The notes beneath the pieces were generated by a model. That model was not told the DNA's origin, made no database searches, and saw only the letters and a list, made by a program, of their open reading frames with translations. From Candidatus Micrarchaeia archaeon (GTDB lineage Archaea; Micrarchaeota; Micrarchaeia; Anstonellales; J096), in NCBI GenBank assembly GCA_041500405.1, contig JBGQMB010000010.1, forward strand, positions 1 to 27,313: a DNA stretch of 27,313 nucleotides. Direction: 5' to 3'. Below, one piece after another: positions 25,591-27,313 of the stretch (position 1 is the first letter of the stretch; every line of letters starts with the position of its first letter). The position numbers and the translations under genes are program-made.

Positions 25591-26809
25591 GCGTCCTCAT
25601 TTTTGCGGATTTTTTGGATTCGCCAAAGCTGAATTCCCCGAAAACGCCGTCATGGCCCGGCTTCCAGGAAACGTTTCCCCTGTTGACGGCAAGGATGGCG
25701 TCTGCAATCGCGCCGTCCATCGCAAGCCTCAAATCGCGCTCCTGCGCCTCGAACACATTGAACTCGCTTCCGAAATACGCAATCAGCCGTTCGTATGTTT
25801 CGCGCACGCCTTTCGTGTTTTCCGTCCTTCCGAGCGCCTTTGCTATTATCGCGGGAAGCGGGATTATGCGCTGGAACGGAACCGTTTTTGCCGGCTTCTC
25901 GCCCTTTTTCCTGTCCGCCAGCTGAAAAACCCTGTGCAGCACGCCGAGCGTCAGTTTTCTTTTGCAAACAGGGCAAATGTTGCCCATTTTCTCGGACTCT
26001 TCAGGGGAAAGGTTGACCTCGCAGTCCCGATGTCCGTCGTTGAAGTATTTTCCCTCCTGCGGGTAGAACTCGTACGTTTTGACAAACCCTTCGCGTGTCC
26101 TTATCGCGTTTATTATCGCGTCAAAGCTCAATGTGCTTAGCTCAAAGACGTTTGCCTCCCTGCCGATTTTCTCCGGGCTGTGCGCGTCTGAGTTTGACAC
26201 AAGCGCAAACGGGTCCAGCGCCGAAACGGACCAGTTCATCTCAGGGTCGCTTGAAAGGCCTGTTTCCATCGCGACTATCTTGTCCCTTTTGCCGGGAAAT
26301 GCGGACTTGATGTCCGAAACCCCGAACTTCGAGCCGAAAATGGAGAACCACGGGGTCCATATGTGCGCAGGTATGAATACGGCGTGCGGGTCAACGGATG
26401 AAACGAAATCTATGAGCTCGCTTCCCGACATCATCAGCAAAGGCCTGCCGTCCGTGTCAAGGCTTCCCCTTTTTGAGACAACGTCCGCTATCATCTCCGC
26501 GGAGCGCAGGCTGTCGGTCAGGACAAGAATGTGCATCTTCACGGATTTTGCCGGGACCTCGGGATTTTCAAAAACAAGGCACACCTCTGTTGAAAGTATG
26601 AACTTCTTTCCATTGAAATCAAGCAGGCCGTTTTCCTCCTTTGTCTTTGACTTGATTTCAGCAAGCCATTTCGGGTGCAGATAGTCCCCGGTCGCCATAA
26701 GGGTTATGCCTTTCCTTCCCATGGCCTCGGATATGCTCTCAAGGTCCATGCTGGGCGAGGTTGCCCTTGCATATTTGCTGTGGATGTGGAAATCAGCTAT
26801 TACCCTCAT
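25577..26809 (-). CDS. Endonuclease Q family protein (PHP domain)
   Basis: DFHIHSKY, TGD..HP.W, PAHIWTPWFS, ETGLSSD, NSDAHS, GKY..DGHRDC...CPVC, PGHDGVFG. Confidence 0.9.
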   Translation of the reverse strand: MRVIADFHIHSKYARATSPSMDLESISEAMGRKGITLMATGDYLHPKWLAEIKSKTKEENGLLDFNGKKFILSTEVCLVFENPEVPAKSVKMHILVLTDSLRSAEMIADVVSKRGSLDTDGRPLLMMSGSELIDFVSSVDPHAVFIPAHIWTPWFSIFGSKFGVSDIKSAFPGKRDKIVAMETGLSSDPEMNWSVSALDPFALVSNSDAHSPEKIGREANVFELSTLSFDAIINAIRTREGFVKTYEFYPQEGKYFNDGHRDCEVNLSPEESEKMGNICPVCKRKLTLGVLHRVFQLADRKKGEKPAKTVPFQRIIPLPAIIAKALGRTENTKGVRETYERLIAYFGSEFNVFEAQERDLRLAMDGAIADAILAVNRGNVSWKPGHDGVFGEFSFGESKKSAKMRTLNDF

Positions 26810-26858
26810 TGAAACAAGGATGCGCGAGAGGATTTAAAAAGGAGATTTTGCGCCTATT

Positions 26859-27131
26859 TCAGACTTTCTTTATGTCATTTGCGATTTGCCCCAGCTGCGA
26901 TGTGGTTCTCCCAATATCAATCGGAACCGCGGCCGCATTGTTGAGCCTTCTGCTCATTCTGTGCGTTGCGTTGGTTGCCGAAGCCGGGTATTGTGTGGCA
27001 ATGGCAGAGTCCTTGATATGAAGATCCTTCAGCGAGATTATTCCGTTCCTTGTTATCTTTTCCTGCAACTCTTGCGCTGTCTTTTGTTTTGGGGCAGTTG
27101 TTTCTTGTTCCTTGGATTCTAATCCCATCAT
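26859..27131 (-). CDS. Hypothetical protein (90 aa)
   Basis: ORF with TTTATAAA (27161-27168) about 30 nt upstream. Confidence 0.5.
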   Translation of the reverse strand: MMGLESKEQETTAPKQKTAQELQEKITRNGIISLKDLHIKDSAIATQYPASATNATHRMSRRLNNAAAVPIDIGRTTSQLGQIANDIKKV

Positions 27132-27242
27132 TGCACCGAGGTATATGTTAAGGCAAACAGTTTATAAACCTTATAGCCATATATAATCCTTAATTAACAC
27201 ACAATAAGATATTAAAAACGATGCTCCTTTCATTATCAGTAA

Positions 27243-27313
27243 GCTGGATTGGCAGATCGGCTATGTATCCGCCTGCAGAGCGGACTAGGGGGGTTCGACT
27301 CCCTCATCCAGCT
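27243..27313 (+). tRNA. tRNA-Cys(GCA)
   Basis: Acceptor stem GCTGGAT/ATCCAGC plus discriminator U. Anticodon arm TCCGC-CT GCA GA-GCGGA. T arm GGGGG-TTCGACT-CCCTC. It ends exactly at the window edge. Confidence 0.9.

Noticed and set aside
1..27313. CRISPR arrays, IS elements, integrases, rRNA, recoded stop codons
   Set aside because: None recognised. Apart from the smc frameshift, all recognisable genes translate full length with the standard archaeal code.

Overview
Gene-dense archaeal chromosomal segment, about 50% GC by eye. Archaeal evidence: dph2, ADP-forming acetate-CoA ligase alpha, EndoQ, tRNA-Gln with A1-U72, TTTAAA/TTTATA boxes about 25-30 nt before start codons, and GGTG-type SD motifs. 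The compact layout and gene mix suggest a DPANN lineage such as Micrarchaeota (inference). Recognisable genes: a form III-type RuBisCO with intact catalytic motifs and a long C-terminal tail, two HAD hydrolases, an HTH/PIN/ERCC4 operon, MazG-like, HD and Nudix nucleotide hydrolases, acdA, a TyrA-PheA fusion, an aminotransferase, a methyltransferase, a CDF transporter, SlyD, a frameshifted smc, dph2, a RibL-like nucleotidyltransferase and EndoQ. There are three tRNAs (Val-GAC, Gln-UUG, Cys-GCA). No CRISPR array, transposase or integrase was seen. Most notable: (i) the TyrA-PheA fusion has arogenate-dehydrogenase-like motifs and lacks chorismate mutase and ACT domains; (ii) the RuBisCO tail and a palindromic site upstream of the gene; (iii) a tandem pair of paralogous helical-repeat ORFans; (iv) two small proteins after dph2, absent from the ORF track and separated by a hairpin; (v) a degenerate duplicate of the tRNA-Val 5' end; (vi) a one-base frameshift in smc. 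All family assignments are from motif recognition, not database searches.
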